Assembly (NCBI GenBank): GCA_900542425.1
Contig: UQNQ01000004.1
Coordinates: 46,856-110,855, forward strand
DNA from: an uncultured Eubacteriales bacterium
Lineage (GTDB): Bacteria; Bacillota; Clostridia; Oscillospirales; CAG-272
Direction: 5' to 3'
Length of the DNA stretch: 64,000 bases
Position numbers and translations under genes: made by a program. Position 1 is the stretch's first letter, and each line of letters begins with the position of its first letter. Shown in pieces: positions 36,365-44,769 of this stretch. The notes under the pieces were generated by a model that was not told the DNA's origin, did no database searches, and worked only from the letters and a program-made list of their open reading frames with translations.

Positions 36365-36385
36365 ACGGGGGAGGAATATGTCGCC

Positions 36386-36583
36386 ATGGTGATAAAAAAA
36401 TTTGATGTCGGTGATATTTTGGAAATGAAAAAAGCACATCCGTGCGGTTCCAACCGTATGAAGGTTCTGCGTACCGGCTCGGATATCCGGATTCTATGTC
36501 TCGGATGCGGACGTGATGTCACGGTTCCGCGGGAAAAGCTTGAAAAAAATATCCGGCGGATTCTTCCTCCCGATGTTCATTGA
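36386..36583 (+). CDS. DUF951 family small protein
   Basis: 65 aa. GDILEMKKAHPCGSNRMKVLRTGSDIRILCLGCGRDVTVPR matches my memory of DUF951 (HPCGS...CxGCG). Confidence 0.65.
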   Translation: MVIKKFDVGDILEMKKAHPCGSNRMKVLRTGSDIRILCLGCGRDVTVPREKLEKNIRRILPPDVH

Positions 36584-36667
36584 CGGCAAAAATCACAATT
36601 TTGAAGATGTCCATTTGGCACATTTATATAAAATTAAAAAAAGAGTGTAAATTATCCTTGAAAACGC

Positions 36668-36696
36668 TTGAAAATCTCGAGAAAACAGTGTATCAT
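36668..36696 (+). promoter_or_regulatory. sigma-A type promoter
   Basis: TTGAAA, 17-nt spacer, TATCAT. Confidence 0.5.
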
Positions 36697-36771
36697 ATAA
36701 GTAACAAACGGTACCGTGATGACGAGTAGCGGTACTTGGCAAAATCATTCCGTCAAGAAAGAGGTTTTATT

Positions 36772-37179
36772 GTGGTTAAACTCATTATCGGTCTTAAGGG
36801 CACAGGAAAAACAAAAACTCTTATCGGTATGGTCAATTCTTCGGTTGATTCTTCCAATGGATCAGTTGTATGCCTTGAAAAGGGCGATAAACTTCGTTAC
36901 GATATCAAATATCAGGCACGTCTGATTGATGTTGACGAATACGGTGTTGACGATGCGCAGGCGCTGTACGGTTTTATTGCCGGAATTTATGCGTCCAACA
37001 GCGATATTACGCATATTTTTATTGATTCGGCAATTAAAATGTGTCAAAAAGATATGGAATCATTCTCAACATTTGTGCGGGAAACGGTAGCTTTTGCTGA
37101 AAAATGGAACATTGATATTGTCATGACCTCGTCTGTGACAGAGGATATGCTTCCTGATGATATCAAGAAATATCTTTAA
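36772..37179 (+). CDS. small stand-alone P-loop NTPase-like protein
   Basis: The track ORF is 36736-37179. GTG 36772 follows AAAGAGG by 7 nt. Walker A GLKGTGKT, Walker-B-like THIFIDS. About 135 aa. Confidence 0.55.
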   Translation: MVKLIIGLKGTGKTKTLIGMVNSSVDSSNGSVVCLEKGDKLRYDIKYQARLIDVDEYGVDDAQALYGFIAGIYASNSDITHIFIDSAIKMCQKDMESFSTFVRETVAFAEKWNIDIVMTSSVTEDMLPDDIKKYL

Positions 37180-37190
37180 GTGAGAATTGT

Positions 37191-37220
37191 AAAAAGCCGG
37201 TGAGATGCACCGGCTTTTTT
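37191..37220. terminator. bidirectional terminator
   Basis: AAAAA-GCCGGTG-agatg-CACCGGC-TTTTTT. Confidence 0.8.
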
Positions 37221-37276
37221 ATTTTAATGAAATAAAAAGATTTCCTTTTAAGGAGGAAGTCTTTTTTTGTTTATAT

Positions 37277-37516
37277 TTAAGGTTTTTGTACCGGAGGGGC
37301 GCTGATATCGGATTCCTCATTTAAGCCGACAAGATAATCCAAAGAGACATGATAATATTTTGCAAGCTTGATTGCAGCCCACAGTGGGAGTTCTCTATCA
37401 CCGTGTTCATAACGCTGATATACCGTGAGATGCATATTTAGGTATTGCGCGATTTCACGCTGTGTTTTATCATGATCTTCTCTTAAATCCCGAATACGTA
37501 AGGAACTGTACATCAT
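37277..37516 (-). CDS. XRE-family HTH transcriptional regulator (paralogue A)
   Basis: 79 aa. RIRDLREDHDKTQREIAQYLNMHLTVYQRYEHGDRELPLWAAIKLAKYYHVSLDYLVGL. RBS AGGAG. Confidence 0.85.
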   Translation of the reverse strand: MMYSSLRIRDLREDHDKTQREIAQYLNMHLTVYQRYEHGDRELPLWAAIKLAKYYHVSLDYLVGLNEESDISAPPVQKP

Positions 37517-37914
37517 TATGTTTCAACTCCTGTAAATACAGTATTTACCATAAATTATAATAGAATCCTTGCTGTATTCTCTTTTTGGATGCCATATGGT
37601 GTTATCATTTTGAAAGGGTAAAAGTTATATCTTTCCATTTTAAATCGTTATTCACAAAAAAGTAAATATTTTCATATCCTATAACAATTTTTAGAAAAGA
37701 ATTTACGTCCGTCTTTTTCCAAGATAATTTTTATATGGAAAAGCAGAAAGAATATGGATACCGTGGAGCTTTGATTGTGATTAGATATATTTGTACAGGG
37801 AGAAAGAAAAACTTCACATTTCTTTTTTTGTAACATACCATATAGCGAGGAGGAAGTTTGAAACGAAAGCTTTTCTCCAACAAATCAATTTGATTATTTC
37901 GGAGGGAGAATTTT

Positions 37915-38760
37915 ATGCCAGATATCAGAAATACCTCGCCGATCTGCGGCGGACCGGGCCGTGATTCGGTATATATAGACACCAATAGAATCCTCGATAG
38001 CTGCCGTGACAAGGACTGCTATGAGGATGTAGTCGTTTATCTTTCGGATGTGGGAAGCGATCTGATTGACAGAAGCGGAAGTGTGCGTACCAAAAGTGCC
38101 AAAGTAATTTGTGCAAACATACAGGTTGATACCGTACCGTTCAATCGTGGCTTTTATCAGGTCAGCATTACGATGTATATTAAAATTGTATGCGAAGTAT
38201 GTGCCTGCATCGGAAGACCGCAGGAGGTTGAGGGTATTGCTGTTGTAGAGAAAAAAGTCATTCTTTACGGCAGTGAAGGAAATGTTAATATATTCAAGAG
38301 CGAACCCGGAGCACAGAACTTCTGTGGTTGTTCCTGCGCAGAGCAGCCCGGAACCAATCTGCCGATTGCCGTATTTGAGGTAGTTGATCCGATTGTTCTC
38401 AACACCAAAATTGTAGAGGCATGTGAATGCCGCGGCTGTCATCAGAGTCTGTCTGCTGCGGATCTTCCTGAATCTGTATGCAGCTGCATCAACGGAAGAA
38501 TCTGCTGTGAACCGGCAGGGAAGATTCTTACAGTATCACTCGGTTTCTTCTCCGTCGTGAGAATTGAGCGTCCGGCTCAGTATCTTGTTCATGGAACGGA
38601 ATATACGGTTCCTGAGAAGGAATGCGTATCTCCGACAACGGATGATCCATGTAAAATGTTTAAGCACATGGCTTTCCCGATCAATGAATTTTATCCGCCG
38701 TCCCTTTGTGATGTTAAGGGAAGCACAGATAACGATGGTTGCGGTTGCGGAAGAAAATAA
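37915..38760 (+). CDS. cysteine-rich hypothetical protein (about 22 Cys in 281 aa)
   Basis: RBS GGAGGGAG 7 nt upstream of the ATG. No signal peptide or TM helix. Cys clusters DSCRDKDC, VCEVCAC, FCGCSC, ACECRGC, VCSC..ICC, GCGCG. Followed by a terminator. No family recognised. Confidence 0.7.
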   Translation: MPDIRNTSPICGGPGRDSVYIDTNRILDSCRDKDCYEDVVVYLSDVGSDLIDRSGSVRTKSAKVICANIQVDTVPFNRGFYQVSITMYIKIVCEVCACIGRPQEVEGIAVVEKKVILYGSEGNVNIFKSEPGAQNFCGCSCAEQPGTNLPIAVFEVVDPIVLNTKIVEACECRGCHQSLSAADLPESVCSCINGRICCEPAGKILTVSLGFFSVVRIERPAQYLVHGTEYTVPEKECVSPTTDDPCKMFKHMAFPINEFYPPSLCDVKGSTDNDGCGCGRK

Positions 38761-38774
38761 AGTAGCTTTTATCA

Positions 38775-38815
38775 AGCCCTCCTTTCAAAAAATGGGAGGG
38801 CTTTTCCTTTTTTGG
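38775..38815 (+). terminator. rho-independent terminator
   Basis: AGCCCTCC-loop-GGGAGGGCT followed by TTTTCCTTTTTT. Confidence 0.7.
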
Positions 38816-38968
38816 AAATAATAAATGATAAAAAATAACAAAAAATTAGAAAATACAATGAATTTCATCCACGATTCAACACCATATAGTGCTATTGTAA
38901 AAGGTAGAAAAGAAGATTTATTATAATAAATGGTAAATTCTGTAACAGAAGAATCGGGAGGAAAAATT

Positions 38969-39202
38969 GTGTATTTTTACCATCGTATCCGTGATTTAAG
39001 AGAAGATCATGATAAAACACAGCGTGAGATTGCTCAGTATCTCAATATGCAGGTTACGGTTTATCAGCGTTATGAACGGGGGGAACGGGAGATTCCGCTT
39101 TGGGCGGCCATCAAACTAGCACATTATTATCGGGTTTCCTTGGATTATCTGGTTGGACTTACGGATTGTACGGAACCGTATCCGACGTATTCCTGGCTTT
39201 AA
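38969..39202 (+). CDS. XRE-family HTH transcriptional regulator (paralogue B)
   Basis: The track ORF starts at 38930, inside the conserved promoter region. GTG 38969 follows GGGAGGAAAAAT and aligns with the paralogue A start. RIRDLREDHDKTQREIAQYLNMQVTVYQRYERGEREIPLWAAIKLAHYYRVSLDYLVGL. Confidence 0.8.
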   Translation: MYFYHRIRDLREDHDKTQREIAQYLNMQVTVYQRYERGEREIPLWAAIKLAHYYRVSLDYLVGLTDCTEPYPTYSWL

Positions 39203-39352
39203 TGGGGGCGGAAAGAAAAATGAAAATAAAACTAGAAAGTACATTGAGTCTTTTGTGATTTTTGAGACAGAAAAGGAAAAGACAGAGCGTTGGTCTGAAA
39301 AATAATAAAAAAGGGATATACATCGGTTTTTTAAATAGTTGTGCATGTCCTC

Positions 39353-39380
39353 TTGCATTTTTTCTTTTTTGTGATATAAT
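39353..39380 (+). promoter_or_regulatory. promoter of queT
   Basis: TTGCAT, 16-nt spacer with TGa, TATAAT. Confidence 0.55.
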
Positions 39381-39385
39381 ATCTC

Positions 39386-39430
39386 GCAGTGAGTTCGTAA
39401 CCATCCTCACTTAAAACAAAACTAAGGAGA
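39386..39430 (+). promoter_or_regulatory. preQ1-I riboswitch (translational, SD-sequestering)
   Basis: GTGAG-TTCGTAACCATC-CTCAC-TTAAAACAAAACTAAGGAG. Compare the Thermoanaerobacter preQ1-I aptamer CUGGGUCGCAGUAACCCCAGUUAACAAAACAAGG. The A-rich tail runs into the SD 10 nt before the queT ATG. Confidence 0.75.
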
Positions 39431-39439
39431 AAAATCACA

Positions 39440-39937
39440 ATGAAACACAAAAGCCTGCGTTATTTAACGCAAGGAGCGACTATTGCCGCTCTTTATGTCC
39501 TTTTTACTTATCTTTCTTCGCTTATGGGACTTGCAAGCGGAGTGATTCAGTTCCGACTTTCCGAGGCGCTTTGCATTTTGGCGTGCTTTACGCCGGCAGC
39601 GATTCCCGGGCTATATGTTGGATGTCTGCTTGCCAATATTCTTACGGGCTCTATTTTATGGGATATTCTTTTAGGCCCGGTTGCCACCCTGATTGGCGCT
39701 GTCGGCACATGGCTTTTACGCCGGACTCAGAATCCGTATCTTGCGGTTTTGCCGCCGATTTTGGCCAATATGCTGATTGTTCCACTTGTTTTGAAATACG
39801 CATATGCGGCCGAGGAAGCAATACCATATCTCATGCTTACGGTTGGCATTGGAGAGATCGTGACATGCGGTATTTTGGGTGTTATGCTGTATTATCTTAT
39901 CCGGCGGTACCGAAAGCCTCTTGGCTTGGACACGTGA
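39440..39937 (+). CDS. queT: queuosine-precursor transporter QueT
   Basis: 165 aa, polytopic. LTQGATIAALYVLFTYL...GVIQFRLSEAL is QueT-like. Preceded by a preQ1 riboswitch. Confidence 0.8.
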   Translation: MKHKSLRYLTQGATIAALYVLFTYLSSLMGLASGVIQFRLSEALCILACFTPAAIPGLYVGCLLANILTGSILWDILLGPVATLIGAVGTWLLRRTQNPYLAVLPPILANMLIVPLVLKYAYAAEEAIPYLMLTVGIGEIVTCGILGVMLYYLIRRYRKPLGLDT

Positions 39938-39946
39938 AGATGAAAT

Positions 39947-39990
39947 AAAAGGTCTGCTCTTCTACTTGAAGAGCAGACCTTTTGTTTTTC
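39947..39990. terminator. bidirectional terminator
   Basis: AAAAGGTCTGCTCTTC-tact-TGAAGAGCAGACCTTTT. Confidence 0.85.
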
Positions 39991-40083
39991 CGGCAAATCC
40001 ATCAAAATCAAATCTTTGTGATGAAGAGAAAAAAACATTTCGTTAGAAAATAAAATTGCTCATAACCATAAGGTTAAATATCT

Positions 40084-41466
40084 TTATTTGACCGCAATGA
40101 CACGCACAGCGCCGTCCGTGCGCGGAGCAGGTGGTTCAAACAGATACCCGCCGTCAGCTTTTCGGAATGCAGCCGGCGTGTGATCATCAAGGATGAACGC
40201 GTGTGAAAATTCCTTTTCAGAATGGAAACGGATTTTCTCCTTTATATCCGGGGTGACATAAAGATAACGATAGTCACCTTTCAAAGAGGCGGGTACGGTA
40301 CAATATTCTTCGTCTTCAAGCGGGTGTATGTTTTCCAATGCATCAAGATTGGAAGTGCGCCAAGCGGCAAAAGCATTCAGCGTGTTGATTGCTTCCTCGG
40401 GAAGCGTACCGTCTGCCATCGGACCGATATCAGGCAAATAATTGCCGCCCCATGCGATTGTTCTTGTATATTCTGCTGTAATAGAAGAAATCGGACGGTA
40501 AGGAACATCTTTCATATATGCCCAGCCGCGTGTCATCCACATGGTACAATATTCCCACCATCCTTGGGGACGGCTCTGCGCTTCTTTTACCTCACATGTC
40601 TCAAAATCGCCTGTGCCATGCAGACGGGGATTGACAACGATTCCGGGCTGAAGTTCTCTGATTTTTTCCATCGGATAAACATATCCCTCCGGCATGCCGC
40701 CGTCAAACCAAAGAAGGTCAACTTTTCCGTATTCCGTGAGAAGCTCTTCAATTTGGCCCGCGACATAAGCGCCGTATTTTTCATTTTGTATCCGGATTTC
40801 CGTATCATTCGGTAAAACAGTAGGGTTATAATCCGCATCAAGATAGGGCAGTTCGGGATTCCTTTCTTTAGCGGTGCTTACAAGGAAAGACATATAGTTC
40901 CGGTTAAAATACCAGTCCGGCGGGGAATAGTAGAATCCGACTTTCAATCCGTATTTCCGGCATGCTTCAGCGAATTCACGGACAAAATCACGTCCGCCAA
41001 GATAATTTTTGGTGCTGAAATTTCCGTATTTGCTTGGCCACATGGCAAAGCCGTCGTGGTGCCGTGTCGTGAAAACAGCGTAACGGAATCCGACTTCTTT
41101 TGCTTTTTTTATGATGTCTTCTGCATGGAAATGTTCGCCCTTGAAGTCCTTTGCCAAATCAAAATACTGATTTGGCGTAAAATGTTTGCCGATTTTTCTT
41201 TCAGAAAGCGGTTGATTCATTTCACGGATTTCTTCCTCCGTTGCTTTGCGGCCGGCAAATTCCCATCCGCATATCATGCCCCAGGAAAGATCCAAAGTCG
41301 CTTTGACGGTGGAGATTCCCCAATGAATAAAAAGTCCGAGTCCCGCTTCTGGGAACCATGCTGCACGCGGATCAGGATTGAAAAGTCCTTTATTTTCCGT
41401 AATATTTGCCACTTGAATGACATGATGCTGACCTTTTACCTCATGTTCTGCCTGTCTGTACGCCAT
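40084..41466 (-). CDS. alpha-L-fucosidase (GH29), second copy
   Basis: 460 aa. GLGLFIHWG, YAVFTTRHHDGFAMWPS, VDLLWFDG. Confidence 0.85.
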   Translation of the reverse strand: MAYRQAEHEVKGQHHVIQVANITENKGLFNPDPRAAWFPEAGLGLFIHWGISTVKATLDLSWGMICGWEFAGRKATEEEIREMNQPLSERKIGKHFTPNQYFDLAKDFKGEHFHAEDIIKKAKEVGFRYAVFTTRHHDGFAMWPSKYGNFSTKNYLGGRDFVREFAEACRKYGLKVGFYYSPPDWYFNRNYMSFLVSTAKERNPELPYLDADYNPTVLPNDTEIRIQNEKYGAYVAGQIEELLTEYGKVDLLWFDGGMPEGYVYPMEKIRELQPGIVVNPRLHGTGDFETCEVKEAQSRPQGWWEYCTMWMTRGWAYMKDVPYRPISSITAEYTRTIAWGGNYLPDIGPMADGTLPEEAINTLNAFAAWRTSNLDALENIHPLEDEEYCTVPASLKGDYRYLYVTPDIKEKIRFHSEKEFSHAFILDDHTPAAFRKADGGYLFEPPAPRTDGAVRVIAVK

Positions 41467-41631
41467 CTGTCATACCGCCTTTCCGAATTGGATAACCGGA
41501 GATTTCCGGCAACCGATATTTTCGGATATTACTATACACATAAATGATGGCAATGTCAACCTTTCTTTTGACGAATCTGTATTTTGAGCTGGGAAAAGGC
41601 TTGGCTTTTTCTATTCTTTTTGATGTTTGGC

Positions 41632-41660
41632 TTGACTTCATATTTTTAACGTGCTAAAAT
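41632..41660 (+). promoter_or_regulatory. sigma-A type promoter
   Basis: TTGACT, 17-nt spacer, TAAAAT. Confidence 0.55.
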
Positions 41661-41716
41661 AAATCGTATACGAAAGCATATTTAGGAAAAATGTTATGTG
41701 CTGAGGAGGTAATCAA

Positions 41717-42544
41717 ATGGCGTTGCGGCTTGCTTTGCAGCTTTATTCCGTAGGGGAGGATGCTAAAAAGGATTTGGATGGAACGCTTCGGCGAGTAAAA
41801 GAAATGGGATATGAGGGCGTGGAATTTGCCGGACTTTACGGGCATGATGCCGCCGAAGTTGCGGAAATGCTTTATAAATACGGATTGATTCCGGTATCTG
41901 CGCATGTGCCTCTTGAAGAATTGGAAACAAAATTTGATGAGGTGGCTGCATCATATAAGCAGATTGGCTGTCCGTATCTTGCAGTTCCTTATCTTATCCA
42001 TGCGCTTCAGCCGGTTTCCGGTAATTTTGAAGAGGCCATTTCCCGTATCGAAGCGGTGGCAAAACGATACACTGAGGCTGGTTTTATTGTTTCTTATCAC
42101 AATCATGATTTTGAGTTTAAGACCATAAACGGTGTATTGGCATTGGACTTGCTTTATGAACGTATCTCAGAGGAATACTTAAAAACACAAATTGATACGT
42201 GCTGGGCAAATGTCGGCGGGGTAGATCCGGCTTCGTATGTGCTCAAATATACTGGACGGGCGCCAACCGTGCATATCAAGGATTTTTATTTAAAGGGAAA
42301 ACCTCAGAATCATATGTATAAATTGTTGTGTGATAAAGATGACAGAAAGGAAGAGGAAGGAAACTTTTCTTACCGTCCCGTCGGATATGGTCTTCAGGAT
42401 GTCCCGAAAATTATGGCCGCCTGCAAAAAAGCAGGAACCGAATGGGTAATCGTTGAGCAAGACGGCGTCAGCCATCCGAGCGCTGTCAAAATGGATGAGG
42501 TGGCGCTCAGTGCGGAATACATTTTGAAGAATCAGTTACTGTAA
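41717..42544 (+). CDS. sugar phosphate isomerase/epimerase (xylose-isomerase-like TIM barrel)
   Basis: 275 aa. LALQLYSV...MGYEGVEFAG...YHNHDFEF...VHIKD...VIVEQD. Confidence 0.8.
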   Translation: MALRLALQLYSVGEDAKKDLDGTLRRVKEMGYEGVEFAGLYGHDAAEVAEMLYKYGLIPVSAHVPLEELETKFDEVAASYKQIGCPYLAVPYLIHALQPVSGNFEEAISRIEAVAKRYTEAGFIVSYHNHDFEFKTINGVLALDLLYERISEEYLKTQIDTCWANVGGVDPASYVLKYTGRAPTVHIKDFYLKGKPQNHMYKLLCDKDDRKEEEGNFSYRPVGYGLQDVPKIMAACKKAGTEWVIVEQDGVSHPSAVKMDEVALSAEYILKNQLL

Positions 42545-42571
42545 GGATCTATGGGCATCATGCCGGGTATC

Positions 42572-42613
42572 AAAAACGTGTGAGAAGCACAAAATTGCTT
42601 CTCACACGTTTTT
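42572..42613. terminator. bidirectional terminator
   Basis: AAAAACGTGTGAGAAGC-loop-GCTTCTCACACGTTTTT. Confidence 0.85.
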
Positions 42614-42689
42614 GTTGTTTTTCTATATGTCGCTGTTTTCGTTTTGGTTATTTGTCACACTGCCTTGTGTGGGACATCTTTTTCAAATT

Positions 42690-43463
42690 TTACATACCTT
42701 TTCGGATTCGTTCAAGAGCACTTTTTTCAATGCGGGAGACCTGTGCTTGGGAGATCCCGATTTCATCTGCGATTTCCATTTGGGTTTTTCCCTTATAAAA
42801 TCGCATGGTAATAATGGATTTTTCTCGGTTTGTCAGTTTTTTCATGGCTTCTGATACTGCGATGTTCTCGAGCCAGCTGTCGTCTGTGCATTCTTCATCA
42901 CGGATTTGATCCATGATGTAGATAGAATCGCCGCCTTCGCTGTAAACTGGATCATAAAGGGAAACCGGTTCCATAATCGCTTCCAGTGCTTCCGTTACCG
43001 CACGTGTGTCTTCTCCCAGCTCTTTTGCGATATCCTCAACGGTTGGTTCGCGAAGCATGGTTTTGGAAAGACTTTCTTTTGCGTTCAGTGCTCTGTAAGC
43101 AAGATCTCTTGTTCCGCGGCTGACGCGAAGCATGTTGTTATCACGCAGATAACGTCGGATTTCCCCGATGATCATCGGAACGGCATAGGTACTGAATTTG
43201 ACGCCGATTTCCGTATCAAAATTGTCAATTGCTTTGATAAGTCCGATACAACCTACCTGAAAGAGATCATCTGCATCGCTGCTGCGTCCTGCAAATCGTT
43301 GAATGATACTGAGCACAAGACGGAGATTACCGTCGATAAGCTTTGTCCGGGCATCTCTGTCTCCGTTTTTTACTTTGCTCAAAAGGTCGTTTTTTTCTTC
43401 GCTCGTAAGCGTTTTCAGCTTGGAAGTATTCACGCCGCATAAGTCCACCTTATTGTAATACAT
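42690..43463 (-). CDS. sigG: sporulation sigma factor SigG
   Basis: The track ORF extends to 43568. The ATG at 43463 follows AAAGGTGG. MYYNKVDLCGVNTSKLKTL...GNLRLVLSIIQRF...DDLFQVGCIGLIKAIDNFD..KFSTYAVPMIIGEIRRYLRDNN.LRVSR...GISQAQVSRIEK is collinear with B. subtilis SigG. Confidence 0.85.
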   Translation of the reverse strand: MYYNKVDLCGVNTSKLKTLTSEEKNDLLSKVKNGDRDARTKLIDGNLRLVLSIIQRFAGRSSDADDLFQVGCIGLIKAIDNFDTEIGVKFSTYAVPMIIGEIRRYLRDNNMLRVSRGTRDLAYRALNAKESLSKTMLREPTVEDIAKELGEDTRAVTEALEAIMEPVSLYDPVYSEGGDSIYIMDQIRDEECTDDSWLENIAVSEAMKKLTNREKSIITMRFYKGKTQMEIADEIGISQAQVSRIEKSALERIRKGM

Positions 43464-43644
43464 AAGCAAAACCACCTTTAAAAACAGAATTGTCTTTATG
43501 TTCAGTATTGCCGAATTCTGTCGTTTCTTATGCAAGTGGAAGTTTGCAACATATTTCCAATTTAGCAAGAAAATTGCCGAAAACTTTGTCTGAATCTATT
43601 GAAAAACCGGAGAAGTTTTGCTATAATAAATCGAATCAAGAAGA

Positions 43645-44448
43645 ATGAGAACGAAAAGGAACGATATCATGGTGAAAGGATTGAGAAGACTTCTCAGCTA
43701 TGCGAGACGTGCTGTGGATGATTATCATATGATCTCAGACGGCGACAGGATTGCAGTCGGTGTTTCCGCCGGCAAGGATTCCTTGTCTTTGCTGTATGCG
43801 CTTGCTGAGTTGCGTCGCTTCTATCCATATCATTTTGATTTGGTTGCTTTGACGGTGGATATGCGTTTTGATGAACTTGAAAACGGCAAACGTTCTGATT
43901 TTTCTCAAATTGCGGCGTTATGTCGTATGCTTGATATAGAATATCATGTAGAGCCGTCAAACATTGCAAGGATTGTTTTTGATATCCGGAAGGAAAGCAA
44001 TCCGTGCTCGCTGTGTGCGAAACTGCGGCGCGGTATGGTAAATGATACGGCTAAAAAGCTGGGATGCCGAAAGGTAGCGCTCGGTCATCATTTTGATGAT
44101 GTCGTGGAAACGTTTATGCTGAATCTCTTTTACGAGGGACGGCTTGGCTGTTTTTCACCTGTCACTTATCTTGACAGAACGGATGTGACGGTGATCCGTC
44201 CGTTTATTTATGCGCCGGAAAAGGATATCCGTTATTTTGCGTCGCAGGCGGCGCTGCCTGTTATAGACAGCGGCTGTCCCGCAAACGGAAACACGCAGCG
44301 GGAAAATATGAAAAAACTTCTTATGGATTTGGAATATCATAATAAAGGTTTGCGTCACAGAATTTTCGGCGCGATGCAGAAAGCGGGACTTGACGGATAT
44401 ACGGAAACGCGAATGCGGATATATTCTGATCCGAAAAATGAAGAATAA
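43645..44448 (+). CDS. PP-loop ATPase, TtcA-like tRNA thiolation enzyme
   Basis: 267 aa. VSAGKDS PP-loop, CSLCAKLRRG, LGHHFDD, GCPANG. Confidence 0.8.
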   Translation: MRTKRNDIMVKGLRRLLSYARRAVDDYHMISDGDRIAVGVSAGKDSLSLLYALAELRRFYPYHFDLVALTVDMRFDELENGKRSDFSQIAALCRMLDIEYHVEPSNIARIVFDIRKESNPCSLCAKLRRGMVNDTAKKLGCRKVALGHHFDDVVETFMLNLFYEGRLGCFSPVTYLDRTDVTVIRPFIYAPEKDIRYFASQAALPVIDSGCPANGNTQRENMKKLLMDLEYHNKGLRHRIFGAMQKAGLDGYTETRMRIYSDPKNEE

Positions 44449-44547
44449 ATGACGGATTTATGAATAAAAAAACAAATCTTACGAAAAATATAGGTAAAAA
44501 CCAATTTGGAGATGATTTGTTTGTCTAAGAAAAATGAGGTTCGTCAA

Positions 44548-44727
44548 ATGACATCGAGGTATTGTCCGAAACTGGATGACAATGTGGTTGTCATGATGTC
44601 GAGTGATAAAAATGGTTTTGAGAAACGTACTTGTCTTTCCTCCCATCTTTGCCATTCGGATGACAGGGCAACCTGTGATCATGATAACAATGTCACGATG
44701 GAAAATCCGCAGCAGTTTCATATGTAG
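44548..44727 (+). CDS. small Cys/His-containing hypothetical protein
   Basis: 59 aa when started at ATG 44548, which follows TGAGG by 8 nt. MTSRYCPKLDDN...RTCLSSHLCHSDDRATCDHD. No family recognised and it may be non-coding. Confidence 0.3.
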   Translation: MTSRYCPKLDDNVVVMMSSDKNGFEKRTCLSSHLCHSDDRATCDHDNNVTMENPQQFHM

Positions 44728-44769
44728 CAAATGTTATTATGCCGCTTATGCGGCGGAATTGAGGTATAT

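Noticed and set aside
37191-39230. XRE/Cys-rich cassette as a mobile element or prophage remnant
   Set aside because: There is no integrase, recombinase, transposase, terminal inverted or direct repeats, or tRNA target. The inverted similarity is confined to the two regulator genes and their promoters.
43464-43568. 35-codon N-terminal extension of sigG in the ORF track
   Set aside because: Alignment to SigG begins at MYYNKVDLCGV, and that ATG has the RBS AAAGGTGG.
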